A DNA stretch of 38,371 nucleotides from Candidatus Magasanikiibacteriota bacterium (GCA_031973355.1 DALYDF010000002.1:8253-46623); one strand, 5' to 3'; counted from the first letter of the stretch, positions 23,755-33,821 are shown. Numbers and translations are program-made. The notes: generated by a model not told the origin, from the sequence alone.

Positions 23755-24420
23755 TTACTTAGCAATGAGTTGATCGACTGCGCCCCACTCGGCCGGCGTG
23801 TGTTCTGGGACAAACAAAATTACTTCATCACCTGGTTTACCTTTATAAAAACTAATTGAAGCGGGTAAAACACGATAGATTGCTTCAGGGCACTGCACAG
23901 TCCAGCGATTGTGTTCAACATTAAAATTAAGTGAGCCAATTACTCGTTTGCGTTCAATTGGACCAATTTGTTTATAAATAAAGGCACCGTGAGGAGTGAT
24001 GATCAATTTCATTCGGTCGCCGGTAACTAATTTAGATTTACTGGCATAGTTTGGAGGAACATTGTAGTCATTGCCATCGTCACCAATCATTTTTTCACCA
24101 CTAAAATAACCTTCAAGGGTTTTACCGAGCCCAGCATTAGGTTCAAGCGCAGTAGTGTCAGGGGTAATAGCGGGAGAATAGGCACGACTTACTACGGGAA
24201 TAAGTGGTGTTTCTACTGTATGAAGCCAGGTTAATAATTCTTGACTGAGTCGCTGAATATCACGCACCTGCTGAATAACCTTCTCAATCGGCACGGTAGT
24301 GGCTGGTGATCTCTCTGGTGTTTCAGGCGCACTTGGTGGAGGCGTAATTGTCGTGGCTGGCTCCAAATCACCTAAAATTTCTTGTAAATCATTTCCTAGA
24401 TTGTGTAACGAATTGTCCAT
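23755..24420 (-). CDS. Hypothetical protein, 221 aa, last gene of the coupling-ATPase operon
   Basis: The N-terminal half is Pro/Thr-rich and looks disordered, and the C-terminal ~110 aa looks globular. It lies 29 nt downstream of the ATPase gene. Confidence 0.65.
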   Translation of the reverse strand: MDNSLHNLGNDLQEILGDLEPATTITPPPSAPETPERSPATTVPIEKVIQQVRDIQRLSQELLTWLHTVETPLIPVVSRAYSPAITPDTTALEPNAGLGKTLEGYFSGEKMIGDDGNDYNVPPNYASKSKLVTGDRMKLIITPHGAFIYKQIGPIERKRVIGSLNFNVEHNRWTVQCPEAIYRVLPASISFYKGKPGDEVILFVPEHTPAEWGAVDQLIAK

Positions 24421-24449
24421 ATTTATTTAATTTTATTATTTTTATAATT

Positions 24450-26999
24450 TTATAAGGAGGCTTCAATCATGTCTGTTTTAGCTTTATCTTCACCGCCACC
24501 CAATTTGGTGCGTTCCATAATTTCAGCTTCCACAATTCGTCGATCGCGACCATATTTCAGTCTGGATAATTGTTTAATGGCCTGACCAAGTTCGCGGTTA
24601 CCTTGTACTGGTGGGTACGAAGATAAACTGAATGGTTTGGAAGCCTCATTATCAATTAATAGTTTGGTGTAATATGAAAATGGTGGGGGGTTCAATAAGT
24701 CAAATGCCCCAAAGGTTGGAGTAAATTCTTTAACGAGTACATCAGCATCATCTGGTCCAATGCGTCCGCTCATAATCGTACCCGCATTACCTAATACCGC
24801 ATCACGAATCGCGGAACGGCCTTTGTCATCAATTAATTGGCCCATATATTGGTGGGCAATAATTAAATCTAAACGATATTTACGCGCTTCAGATAAAATC
24901 GTGGCAATGGAATCGGTCACAAAGTTTTGGAACTCATCAATATAGAGGAAAAAATCTTGCCGTTCTGATTCGTGCAAATCAGCTCGACCCATGGCGGCCA
25001 TTTGTAATTTGGCCACAATAATTAAACCTAATAATTTAGCATTAATTTCACCGGTGGTACCTTTGGCTAAATTAACGAGCAAGATTTTTTTCTTATCCAT
25101 CACTTCACGGAAATCAAAACCTGACCGCTGCTGACCCATAATATTACGCATCATTTCATTTTCAACAAATCGGCCAACCTTAGAAATTAAATAACCCAAC
25201 ATTTCTGATTTATGAAAATCACTGGTTTTGGCCATTTCTTTTTCCCAAAACGAACGAACGACCGGGTCTTTTACTTTTACTAAATATTTTTTTACATACG
25301 CATCATCAGTAAACATGCGGGGTATATCAATAATGGTGCCCGTATCGTTGATATCAGCCATCAATGTGAGCATGACGTTGCGCATGTTGTGTTCAAACAT
25401 CGGCCCAATCATTTCTGGTGGGAATAATTTGTAAAAAATTGAAATCATTTCTTGCACCGCAAAATCTTTTTGATCTTCAGTTTTGGCTTCCAACATGTTT
25501 AAGCCAACGGGGCGATCCATGTCTGATGGATTAAAAATAATCACATCATCAGCCCGATGTTTAGGGACATGAGACAAAATTTCTTCCACCAAATCGCCGT
25601 GTGGATCAACCACACATACACCGTGTCCATTGCGGATATCTTGATTGGCCAGAGCAGCGAGTAAAACGGATTTACCAGCCCCTGATTTACCAATCACATA
25701 TAAGTGACGACGACGATCTTGCTCTTTCATGTATACCGGCGTGTCTGTGCCACGGTAAGCTACATGGCCTAACAATAAACCAGATTTGGGTAAATTGGAT
25801 GGTGGTGGACTGCGACGACCGGTTAACCATTTAATGTTTGGTGTTTCGGTAGAGTGGAGTGGGAGGTGCCAAAAACTGGCCATTTCTTGCGTATTAATCA
25901 CAAATGACCGGTGTTCAATAAATGAACGATAAATAAAGTCACGGATCAAAGTTGGTTGTTTACGGGGTACCAAAGCATTGAATTCATTACCGTACCGATA
26001 AAAATTGTACTGACTAAATGAGTGGAGAATATTTTCCAAATTTAACCGAGCAATTTCTTGATCATCAGAGACACTAATAACGCGAAACACTACCTCTAAA
26101 CCACCTTTGGATAATTTTTCTTCAATTCCTTTCAACATTTCATCTTCCATGGCTGAAGGTTGATAATGATTTTTATCTTTTTCCGCACTGCCAAGTACTT
26201 GCTCACTTACTCCACTTACGGCGCCACTTAAAAATTTCCAGAAGTGATTTTTTTTAATGGCATGTTCAATTGATTCGCCTTTTTTTACTTCTCGGACCAC
26301 TTTAATTCCATGTTGGCGCCAGTGGTGATTGGCCGGACGCACCACCATTTGAATGGCGGCTGAACTATTATGGTCGTGAATTTTGGACATGACATTTAAA
26401 ACTGCTGACAATGGATCTGAATCCATGGTTTTATAGGTTCTAAATGGTAAAATATTATTTTGTTTTGAGGTTAAGTAGGCCCCAACAATTTGGCTTTTAG
26501 GAAAGAAAATATTGTAATCTGGCACTTGTTCAATTTGTGCGTACGGATATTGCGCGGTAATTTGTTGTTCAATAAATGATTGATATTTTGCCGGCACGGC
26601 CACATAAAAATAAATCAAATTATTATGAGTGACCATTTCAAAGGCTAAATGGTCGTTGCGACCACTAAACCATGAGCTCAAAGTACTGTGGTGCTTAATG
26701 CCGGCAAAAGTAGCAAATAATGTTTCCGTAATCCCAATTTCCTCGCGTACTTGTTCAAGACGCTCATCATTATTTTGGTTACTGCCATCAGAGCGTTTTT
26801 CTTTAGGTACTTGAATTTGTAATACTACTCGGCCAAACGCTTTGTGTGTGCGGGCGGCAGGTCTTACAAATGCCCGAATAATAAAAATAGTAGCCACGAG
26901 AGCGGCAAGAATCGTACCAAAGACGAGGGCAAGTGAAATGATAGTGGCGTCCGAAACGATGGGCATGTTAAAGGTGTTTATTTTGTTTGTGTAAGGCAA
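24450..26999 (-). CDS. Membrane-anchored VirD4/TraD/TraG-like (type IV coupling protein family) P-loop ATPase with a large N-terminal domain of unknown function
   Basis: TM helix IISLALVFGTILAALVATIFII. Walker A YVIGKSGAGKSVLL, Walker B FFLYIDEFQNF and RKYRLDLIIAHQYMGQL. I believe the N-terminal module is what Pfam calls DUF8128, but I cannot verify that here. Confidence 0.85.
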   Translation of the reverse strand: MPYTNKINTFNMPIVSDATIISLALVFGTILAALVATIFIIRAFVRPAARTHKAFGRVVLQIQVPKEKRSDGSNQNNDERLEQVREEIGITETLFATFAGIKHHSTLSSWFSGRNDHLAFEMVTHNNLIYFYVAVPAKYQSFIEQQITAQYPYAQIEQVPDYNIFFPKSQIVGAYLTSKQNNILPFRTYKTMDSDPLSAVLNVMSKIHDHNSSAAIQMVVRPANHHWRQHGIKVVREVKKGESIEHAIKKNHFWKFLSGAVSGVSEQVLGSAEKDKNHYQPSAMEDEMLKGIEEKLSKGGLEVVFRVISVSDDQEIARLNLENILHSFSQYNFYRYGNEFNALVPRKQPTLIRDFIYRSFIEHRSFVINTQEMASFWHLPLHSTETPNIKWLTGRRSPPPSNLPKSGLLLGHVAYRGTDTPVYMKEQDRRRHLYVIGKSGAGKSVLLAALANQDIRNGHGVCVVDPHGDLVEEILSHVPKHRADDVIIFNPSDMDRPVGLNMLEAKTEDQKDFAVQEMISIFYKLFPPEMIGPMFEHNMRNVMLTLMADINDTGTIIDIPRMFTDDAYVKKYLVKVKDPVVRSFWEKEMAKTSDFHKSEMLGYLISKVGRFVENEMMRNIMGQQRSGFDFREVMDKKKILLVNLAKGTTGEINAKLLGLIIVAKLQMAAMGRADLHESERQDFFLYIDEFQNFVTDSIATILSEARKYRLDLIIAHQYMGQLIDDKGRSAIRDAVLGNAGTIMSGRIGPDDADVLVKEFTPTFGAFDLLNPPPFSYYTKLLIDNEASKPFSLSSYPPVQGNRELGQAIKQLSRLKYGRDRRIVEAEIMERTKLGGGEDKAKTDMIEASL

Positions 27000-27480
27000 T
27001 AATTTGGTCTGCTTTTATTTTAGCCTCTTGCTCTAAGAAAAAACGGTTAACACCCGGTAATACTTTTAACCATTCAATTAATAATTCGTAAATTTTTTTA
27101 ACTTTAATTTTTGTTTCTTGTAGTAATGACCGAATTTCAATCGCTGTTTGTTCACCTTTTAATTTAAATTCTTGTCGTTGTAAGGGCTCAAGTGCTAGAT
27201 AGGCCTCATCTAAACCACTGGACATAATTGCCTCAACTTTAATGGTAATATCATCGCGCACTTGCGGCATGAGTACTGGTTTTCTTTTACTAGAGCCAAG
27301 CGCGGAACGAATTTTAGTAATTGCGTCATCTAAAAAGTTCTCTTCTTTGGGAATTTCTACACCCTGTTCCTGATCTTGTGTTTGTTCAACGGTAGAAATC
27401 GGCTGTTCAACAGTCGATTCGGGTGAACGATGATGTTCAGGACGAGGAGTCAGGATTTCATTAGTTGTTTGGCCTGACAT
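26968..27480 (-). CDS. Hypothetical coiled-coil protein, 170 aa, first gene of the coupling-ATPase operon
   Basis: It overlaps the ATPase gene by 32 nt. The N-terminus is acidic and disordered, and the C-terminal half is helical. Confidence 0.6.
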   Translation of the reverse strand: MSGQTTNEILTPRPEHHRSPESTVEQPISTVEQTQDQEQGVEIPKEENFLDDAITKIRSALGSSKRKPVLMPQVRDDITIKVEAIMSSGLDEAYLALEPLQRQEFKLKGEQTAIEIRSLLQETKIKVKKIYELLIEWLKVLPGVNRFFLEQEAKIKADQIIALHKQNKHL

Positions 27481-27534
27481 AGAAAAAAATATACTATGTG
27501 CAGTATAACAGATTTTGCGTTGAATGAAAATTAA

Positions 27535-28890
27535 CTATTCTAAGGTTTGTCCGTCGCTCGTATCTTTGACAGTAAAACCAAGTTTAGCTAGTTCATCACG
27601 AAGACGATCAGATTCTGCCCAGTCTTTGTTGGTGCGGGCATGAGCGCGAGCTTCCAATAATGTTTGCGCTGCTGGAGTAATATCTTTTTGAGTAGGAGTA
27701 CTTAACAAATCCAAACCGAGCACTTCGTCACATTTAGCAATTAATTCCTGGCCAATGGAGCGTTCTTTGATGTAAGTCCACATTAAGCCTAAGGCCTCGG
27801 CCATATTCAGGTCCTCATTAATGACCATTTTAAATTCAGCTTCTGCTTTAGCATCGTTTGGGCCCGTAGAATCTAATTTTTGAATTTCTTTTTTTAAATT
27901 TTCTAAACCAGTGGCTGCAGCTTGTAACGCTTCCCAACTAAATTGCAATTGCTTGCGGTAATGCGCTTGCAGTAAAAAATACCGGTAGGCGAGTGGTGAA
28001 ATTTTGTGATCAATAAGTGTCGCCAAGGTAAGAAAATTTTCACCCGACTTGGCCATCTTGTCACCACTAATTTGCAGATGTTCGCCGTGGAGCCAATAGG
28101 TGACCCACGGAATTTTACCCGTAATCCCTTCAGCTTGTGCAATTTCATTGGTGTGGTGTACGGGAATATGATCAATCCCGCCACAGTGAATATCAAATTG
28201 GTCACCCAAATATTTCATACTCATGGCTGAACATTCAATGTGCCAGCCAGGAAATCCTTTTTTACCAAATGCTTCCCATTCCATTTGGCGGTTTTCACCA
28301 GCCGGAGTAAATTTCCAGAGCGCAAAATCATGGGGATTTTTCTTTTCTCCCATGTCTACGCGCGCGCCTGCTTGTAATTCTTGTTTGTCGAGTAAAGCGA
28401 GTTTGCCGTAATCTGGCAATTTAGTGGTATCAAAATAAATTCCATCAGTGGTTTCATACGTCAGGCCTTTGTCGGTAAGCGCCTGGACTTGGGCAATTTG
28501 TTCAGGAATGTGGTCGGTGGCGCGACAGACAATGTGTGGGTATAAAATGTTGAGGGCAGTCGTATCAGCAAAAAACGCTTGTTCGTAAAATTTGGCAATC
28601 TCCCAGGCGCTTTTACCTTCGCGGCGCGCGCCTTTTTCCATCTTATCCTCGCCCGCGTCAGCGTCATCGGTGAGATGGCCAACATCAGTGATATTCATGA
28701 CATGCTTAAGGGAATAGCCATTATAGTGCAGTACCCGGCGTAGAATATCTTCAAAAATATAGGTGCGTAAATTACCAATGTGGGCAAAGTTGTATACGGT
28801 TGGACCACAAGTGTACAACCCAACTTCAGTGGAATTGCGGGGTGAAAAAACCTCAGTCTGGCGGGTAAGTGTATTGTAGAGTTTAAGCAT
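27535..28890 (-). CDS. cysS: Cysteine--tRNA ligase
   Basis: The start was moved to ATG 28890 (MLKLYNTLTRQ...). The HIGH motif is FAHIGNLR and the KMSKS motif is KMAKSGENF. GWHIECSAM is also present. Confidence 0.95.
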   Translation of the reverse strand: MLKLYNTLTRQTEVFSPRNSTEVGLYTCGPTVYNFAHIGNLRTYIFEDILRRVLHYNGYSLKHVMNITDVGHLTDDADAGEDKMEKGARREGKSAWEIAKFYEQAFFADTTALNILYPHIVCRATDHIPEQIAQVQALTDKGLTYETTDGIYFDTTKLPDYGKLALLDKQELQAGARVDMGEKKNPHDFALWKFTPAGENRQMEWEAFGKKGFPGWHIECSAMSMKYLGDQFDIHCGGIDHIPVHHTNEIAQAEGITGKIPWVTYWLHGEHLQISGDKMAKSGENFLTLATLIDHKISPLAYRYFLLQAHYRKQLQFSWEALQAAATGLENLKKEIQKLDSTGPNDAKAEAEFKMVINEDLNMAEALGLMWTYIKERSIGQELIAKCDEVLGLDLLSTPTQKDITPAAQTLLEARAHARTNKDWAESDRLRDELAKLGFTVKDTSDGQTLE

Positions 28891-28939
28891 ATACAAAGAT
28901 TCTAGCCTAAAATTAAGTATTTGAAAAGTCATTACGCCT

Positions 28940-29263
28940 ATGGTAGTATATAGACATATGCACCAAACACACCCTGTCCATCATCACCCAGATATTCGTT
29001 GGTTGGTGGTTGTGACCATGATTATTACAGCGGCCGTAGTTTTATTTGTTTATACCATGTGGGATGTAACTCGTCCTCAGCCGGTTTTAACGGTTCAAGT
29101 TGAACGCCAAAATAAATATATTGCTGAATTGCAGTCAAATATTACGCAGTTGAATTCGATTAACCAAAATTTACAAAAAGAAATTAAAAATAAAAACGAA
29201 GATATTAATCGTTTGCAAGCCGAAATATTGGCGGCGCAAGCAAAAAATCTTCCCAAAAATTAA
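28940..29263 (+). CDS. Membrane-anchored coiled-coil protein (FtsB/DivIC-like architecture)
   Basis: His-rich N-terminus, one TM helix (WLVVVTMIITAAVVLFVYTMW), then a heptad-like region IAELQSNITQLNSINQNLQKEIKNKNEDINRLQAEI. The start may be ATG 28955 instead. Confidence 0.55.
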   Translation: MVVYRHMHQTHPVHHHPDIRWLVVVTMIITAAVVLFVYTMWDVTRPQPVLTVQVERQNKYIAELQSNITQLNSINQNLQKEIKNKNEDINRLQAEILAAQAKNLPKN

Positions 29264-29265
29264 CT

Positions 29266-29946
29266 ATGAAAATAATTTCCGTAGGTGGCTCGATTATTAT
29301 TCCTAAAACTGGATTTAATCTTGATTTTCTTAAAAAATTTCGCGCTTTAATTTTAAAAGAAGTAAAAAAAGGAGAAAAGTTTGTGATTGTGATTGGCGGT
29401 GGTGCAACCTGCCGTACTTATCAAGACACAGCTAAACAATTTGGTAAAGTTACCAAAGATGACTTAGATTGGATTGGGATTAAAACTACTTTGTTAAATG
29501 CGGAATTGGTGCGAGTGTTATTTGATGGGTATAGTCATAAGACCGTGATTATCAATAATAAAGAAAAAGTTAAAACTAAGATGCCGATTATTATTGCTGG
29601 TGGTGAAAAACCAGGGCATTCCACTGATATGGACGCAATTTTATTTGCGCAAACCTACGGTGCTTCTGAAGCGTTGAATCTTTCCAATATTGATTTTGTT
29701 TACACTAAAGACCCAAATAAATTTAAAGATGCAGTTAAAATTGAAGATATTGATTGGAAAACTTTTCGCAAAGATGTGGTGGGTTACACGTGGGATCCAG
29801 GCAAAAATGCGCCGTTTGACCCAATCGCCAGTGGACTAGCGGAAAAAAAGAAAATGACCGTTTCTATTTTAAATGGAACTAATTTGGTGGAAGTGACCAA
29901 AGCTTTGCAGGGTAAAAAATTTATTGGTACTAAAGTTCATCCGTAA
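29266..29946 (+). CDS. pyrH: UMP kinase, archaeal-type (amino-acid kinase family)
   Basis: 226 aa. Motifs MKIISVGGSII, VIVIGGGATCR and IIAGGEKPGHSTDMDA. Confidence 0.85.
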   Translation: MKIISVGGSIIIPKTGFNLDFLKKFRALILKEVKKGEKFVIVIGGGATCRTYQDTAKQFGKVTKDDLDWIGIKTTLLNAELVRVLFDGYSHKTVIINNKEKVKTKMPIIIAGGEKPGHSTDMDAILFAQTYGASEALNLSNIDFVYTKDPNKFKDAVKIEDIDWKTFRKDVVGYTWDPGKNAPFDPIASGLAEKKKMTVSILNGTNLVEVTKALQGKKFIGTKVHP

Positions 29947-29984
29947 ATTACTTGATACACTTTTTTTCACAAACTAGATTTTTA

Positions 29985-30016
29985 AACGCACTGGCCACAA
30001 CTAGTGCGTTTTTATT
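29985..30016 (+). terminator. Terminator after pyrH
   Basis: AACGCACT (29985-29992) pairs with AGTGCGTT (30003-30010), followed by a T-run. Confidence 0.8.
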
Positions 30017-30217
30017 TTTGACCCTAAAATTATAATCCTGAATGAGTGTTACGCAAACTGCGTAAAGTTCATACTGGATTATAAAAGATGTTCATTTTTA
30101 ATAAAAAAGCACGGTCAACTTTTAGGGGTGGGGTAAAGTGTCATTTCGCCACACCAATTAATTTGCTTATCGGGTTAGTCTTGAAAAATCCCCCAAAACA
30201 AGATAGTGTAGAACCAT

Positions 30218-32023
30218 ATGTCCGACACTCAGCTTATTAAAGACAAACTGGACATCGTGGACTTTATTAGCGAATACGTCCAACTTAAGCCAGCCGGGGT
30301 AAACCATAAGGGTTTGTGCCCATTTCACCATGAAAAAAGTCCTTCTTTTATGGTTACGCGCGAGCGACAAAGCTGGCATTGTTTTGGTTGCGCCAAAGGC
30401 GGGGATATCTTTAGTTTTTTACAAGAAATAGATGGCATGGAATTTCGGGAAGCGCTCCATTTTTTAGCTAACCGGGCTGGAGTGGTTTTACAAGATAAAG
30501 GAATGAACAAAGAAGAAACGAGTCAGAAAACCAGAATTAAAGAAATTAATAGTGCTGCAGCTAATTTTTTTCATAATGTTTTGACTCAACTCCCGGCCGC
30601 TGAAGTTGCGCGTACTTATTTACAACAACGTGGTTTAACAGAAAAAACAATTTCTGATTGGATGATTGGTTTTGTACCTGACCAATGGGAATTATTAACC
30701 AAATATTTGCTTAAAAAAGGCCATTCAATCGATGATTTAGTGGCTTCAGGCTTAACCATTAAACGAGATTCAGCTGACCGTAGCTCAGGTAAAGGATTTT
30801 ACGATCGGTTTCGCGGGCGAATTATGTTTCCGATTTGGGATGCGCACGATGCAATTGTGGGTTTTACTGGTCGAGTGTTGGTGGAAACTGAAAATTCGGG
30901 TGGAAAATATGTAAATACACCGCAAACGCTCGTGTATGATAAATCGCGCGTGATTTTTGGTTTGCATCGCGCCAAAAAATCCATTAAAGAGCAGGATTTA
31001 GCGGTATTAGTTGAAGGACAGATGGATGTGATTGCTTGTCATCAGTCGGGCATGACCAATGTGATCGCTACAAGCGGCACGGCCTTAACTGAATTTCAAA
31101 TTGAAATGATTAAACGATATACCCAAAATGTGGCCATGGCATTTGATGCTGATGTGGCCGGACAAAACGCAGCTAAACGCGGAATTGATTTAGCGCGTGA
31201 AGCTGGTTTATCTTTAAAAGTAATTCGGATTCCCGAGGGAGCTGGTAAAGATCCTGATGAGTGTTTGAAAAAAAATCCAACCGTGTGGGTAGAAGCTGTA
31301 AAAAATGCTCGTGATGTAATGGAGTGGTTTATTGAAAAAAGTTTGACCGGACGAGATTTACAATCACCCCATGACCGCCAAATTGCGGTCAATGAAATTT
31401 TGACCGAAGTGGGACGCATTCCCTATGCCTTGGAACGAGATTTTTGGATTAAAAATATTTCTGGCCGCTTGGGTGAAGAAATTACGGTCTTACGGGAAAA
31501 TTTACAAGAATTACGCAAAAATACCAAACCAGTGATTGCTCGCCAACCCGTTGCCCCTGAAAAACCAACCCCGGTTAAACCAAAAGCCCTTGATCGGCTG
31601 GAAACAATGGGGGAGCGCCTCCTTTGCCTACAAATGAAATTTTTAGGACCTAATTTGCGTATTAACTGGGCTGAACCCTCTTTGGCCCCCGCCTACCAAA
31701 ACACCCCGTACGCGGCGCTTTACCTTTTACTAAAAAAGGAGTACACTCAAAATATTCCTTTAGTTCTTTCTGACTTAAAGATCGCCTGTGAACAAGCTGG
31801 AAATACCAACCAAATTGATGTCCTAATTCTCAAAGGAGAAATGGACTTTTTTGGGTTTATGCCCAGTGATGCCATTAATGAGGCGGCTGTTTTACAAGAA
31901 ACAATCATTAATGAAGGCAAAAAACGCCGTCGCGCCCAATTAAGTGCGGCCATTAGTGAGGCTGAGTTTGCCAAAGATACTAATAAATTAAATCAGCTTT
32001 TGGCTGAGTTTAGAGAAATTTAA
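30218..32023 (+). CDS. dnaG: DNA primase
   Basis: Zinc-ribbon CPFHHEKSPSFMV..WHCFGCAKGGD, RNA-polymerase core FYDRFRGRIMFPI and KYVNTP, and TOPRIM LVEGQMDVIA..FDADVAG. Confidence 0.95.
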   Translation: MSDTQLIKDKLDIVDFISEYVQLKPAGVNHKGLCPFHHEKSPSFMVTRERQSWHCFGCAKGGDIFSFLQEIDGMEFREALHFLANRAGVVLQDKGMNKEETSQKTRIKEINSAAANFFHNVLTQLPAAEVARTYLQQRGLTEKTISDWMIGFVPDQWELLTKYLLKKGHSIDDLVASGLTIKRDSADRSSGKGFYDRFRGRIMFPIWDAHDAIVGFTGRVLVETENSGGKYVNTPQTLVYDKSRVIFGLHRAKKSIKEQDLAVLVEGQMDVIACHQSGMTNVIATSGTALTEFQIEMIKRYTQNVAMAFDADVAGQNAAKRGIDLAREAGLSLKVIRIPEGAGKDPDECLKKNPTVWVEAVKNARDVMEWFIEKSLTGRDLQSPHDRQIAVNEILTEVGRIPYALERDFWIKNISGRLGEEITVLRENLQELRKNTKPVIARQPVAPEKPTPVKPKALDRLETMGERLLCLQMKFLGPNLRINWAEPSLAPAYQNTPYAALYLLLKKEYTQNIPLVLSDLKIACEQAGNTNQIDVLILKGEMDFFGFMPSDAINEAAVLQETIINEGKKRRRAQLSAAISEAEFAKDTNKLNQLLAEFREI

Positions 32024-32032
32024 TTAACCAGA

Positions 32033-33200
32033 ATGTCCAAGAAACTTGCGGCAAAAATCAAGTCAGTGGCTCGTAGTCTGGTTGCCAAGCGTAAGCCTGC
32101 CAAGGCTCCAGCAAAGGCACCAGTTAAAAAAGTCACGGTTAAAAAGGTAAAACCAGCCCCAAAAATGCTCAAGCGTGGTCAAAAACCAGTCAAACGACCG
32201 GTTCAGACTAAGCGGGTTTTCTCTTTGAATAAAAAGCCAGCTGGCCCGGCTGTTTCTGCTGAAACCGTGGTTATTCCGACTGAAGAACAAATTCAGCACT
32301 TGATTGCCAAGGGTCGTAACCGTGGTTTTTTGACCGAACGAGAGGTGCTCGCCATTTTCCCTCACCTGGAACATTACATTGATACCTACGAACACTTCAT
32401 TAATTTACTCGATAAAAACAGTATTAATTTAGTGGCGGTTCAAGAAAATTTGTTGGGAATGAATACCCGCAAAGATGAAATTGTCACTGGTCTACAAGGC
32501 GAACAACCTGATGTTAACGAAGGTTATTTTGATTTAGCCAGTATTTCGCAGGATTCAATTCAAATGTATTTGCGAGAAATTGGTAAGGTGCCATTACTCA
32601 GCATGGATGAAGAAGTGTCCTTGGCTAAACGCAAAGAACGTGGTGATAAAGATGCGGAACGCAAGATGATTGAGGCTAACTTACGGTTAGTAGTTTCCAT
32701 TGCGAAAAAATTTGTGGGTAAAACACTATCACTATTGGATTTGATTCAAGAAGGGAATATTGGTTTATTCCGCGCGGTTAAAAAATTTGATTACCGTAAG
32801 GGTTATAAATTTTCTACGTACGCCACCTGGTGGATTCGCCAAGCAATTACGCGCGCCTTAGCTGATCACTCTCGTACGATTCGTATTCCAGTGCACATGG
32901 TGGAAACCATTAATCGGTTGCAACAGGTGGAACGCCGTCTTTTACAAGATCTTGGTCGTGATGCTACTCCCGAAGAAATTGCTGCTGAAATGGGCGAAGA
33001 TATTGAAAAAGTTAAACACATTATTAAGATTTCTCAAGATACTCGAAATGCGCTTTGGTTTAGTGGATGGCGTAACTCATACTTTGGAAGAAGTAGGAAA
33101 AGAATTTGGCGTAACTCGTGAACGTATCCGTCAAATTGAAGCTAAGGCGCTTGATAAGATTAAGGAGCTTGATGTGATTGACAAATTGCGGGATTACTAA
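32033..33200 (+). pseudogene. rpoD: Primary sigma-70 factor with an internal deletion plus frameshift (regions 3.2-4.1 missing, region 4.2 out of frame)
   Basis: Region 2 is intact ([54 protein letters not shown]). Reading breaks after ...IKISQDT at about 33043-33047. Region 4.2 ([35 protein letters not shown]) continues in the +1 frame (ORF 32952..33200). The N-terminus is a Lys/Ala/Pro-rich basic tail. Confidence 0.85.
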
Positions 33201-33211
33201 AAATGAGTATT

Positions 33212-33244
33212 AAAAAACCGACCTTATCAGTCGGTTTTTTATTT
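33212..33244. terminator. Bidirectional terminator between rpoD and sod
   Basis: AACCGAC pairs with GTCGGTT, flanked by an A-run and a T-run. Confidence 0.8.
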
Positions 33245-33245
33245 T

Positions 33246-33821
33246 TTAGAAACGAGATTCTACTACTTTCCAATCAATAATCTTCCAATACGCGGTAATG
33301 TAATCAGCGCGTTTTACCCCATAATCCAGCATATACGCGTGTTCAAATACATCCATCACGAGAATTGGTTTGGCACCGGCGAGGTGACCCACATCATGTT
33401 CATTAATCCACACATTAAATAAGCGGTCGCCAGCGGCATCATAGGCCAAAATTGCCCAGCCAATCCCACGCATCGCCGCTACGGCTTTGAAATCTCTTTC
33501 CCAAAGTTCAAGTGAACCAAATTCGGCCACAATTTTTTGGGCCAGTGGGGAAGTGGCTGCCAACTGACCTGGTTCTTTGGTCATGGCCTCAAAATAATAT
33601 TCATGCAAACGCATGCCATTAAACTCCCAACCAAAGCGGCGCGTGAGTTCGGCATATTCGGGTGTGCCTACTGTATCCGCCTTTAACATTGCATCGAGTA
33701 AAGAATTAACTTTATTCGCATTCATCACATAACCCTGGTAGAGAGTAAAGTGATTTTTCATGAGCTGGTCACTAAAACCGGGGAGACCGAGGAGAGTGTC
33801 AAAATTTTTGGCTTCGTACAT
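33246..33821 (-). CDS. Fe/Mn superoxide dismutase
   Basis: 191 aa. Motifs HFTLYQGYV, EFNGMRLHEYYF, GWAILAYD and the metal-ligand region DVFEHAYMLDY. Confidence 0.9.
   Translation of the reverse strand: MYEAKNFDTLLGLPGFSDQLMKNHFTLYQGYVMNANKVNSLLDAMLKADTVGTPEYAELTRRFGWEFNGMRLHEYYFEAMTKEPGQLAATSPLAQKIVAEFGSLELWERDFKAVAAMRGIGWAILAYDAAGDRLFNVWINEHDVGHLAGAKPILVMDVFEHAYMLDYGVKRADYITAYWKIIDWKVVESRF

Noticed and set aside
32033-32230. The Lys/Ala/Pro-rich basic N-terminal tail of RpoD as a separate histone-like gene
   Set aside because: It is continuous in frame with sigma region 1.2/2, with no internal start or stop. It is most simply an N-terminal extension replacing the acidic region 1.1.
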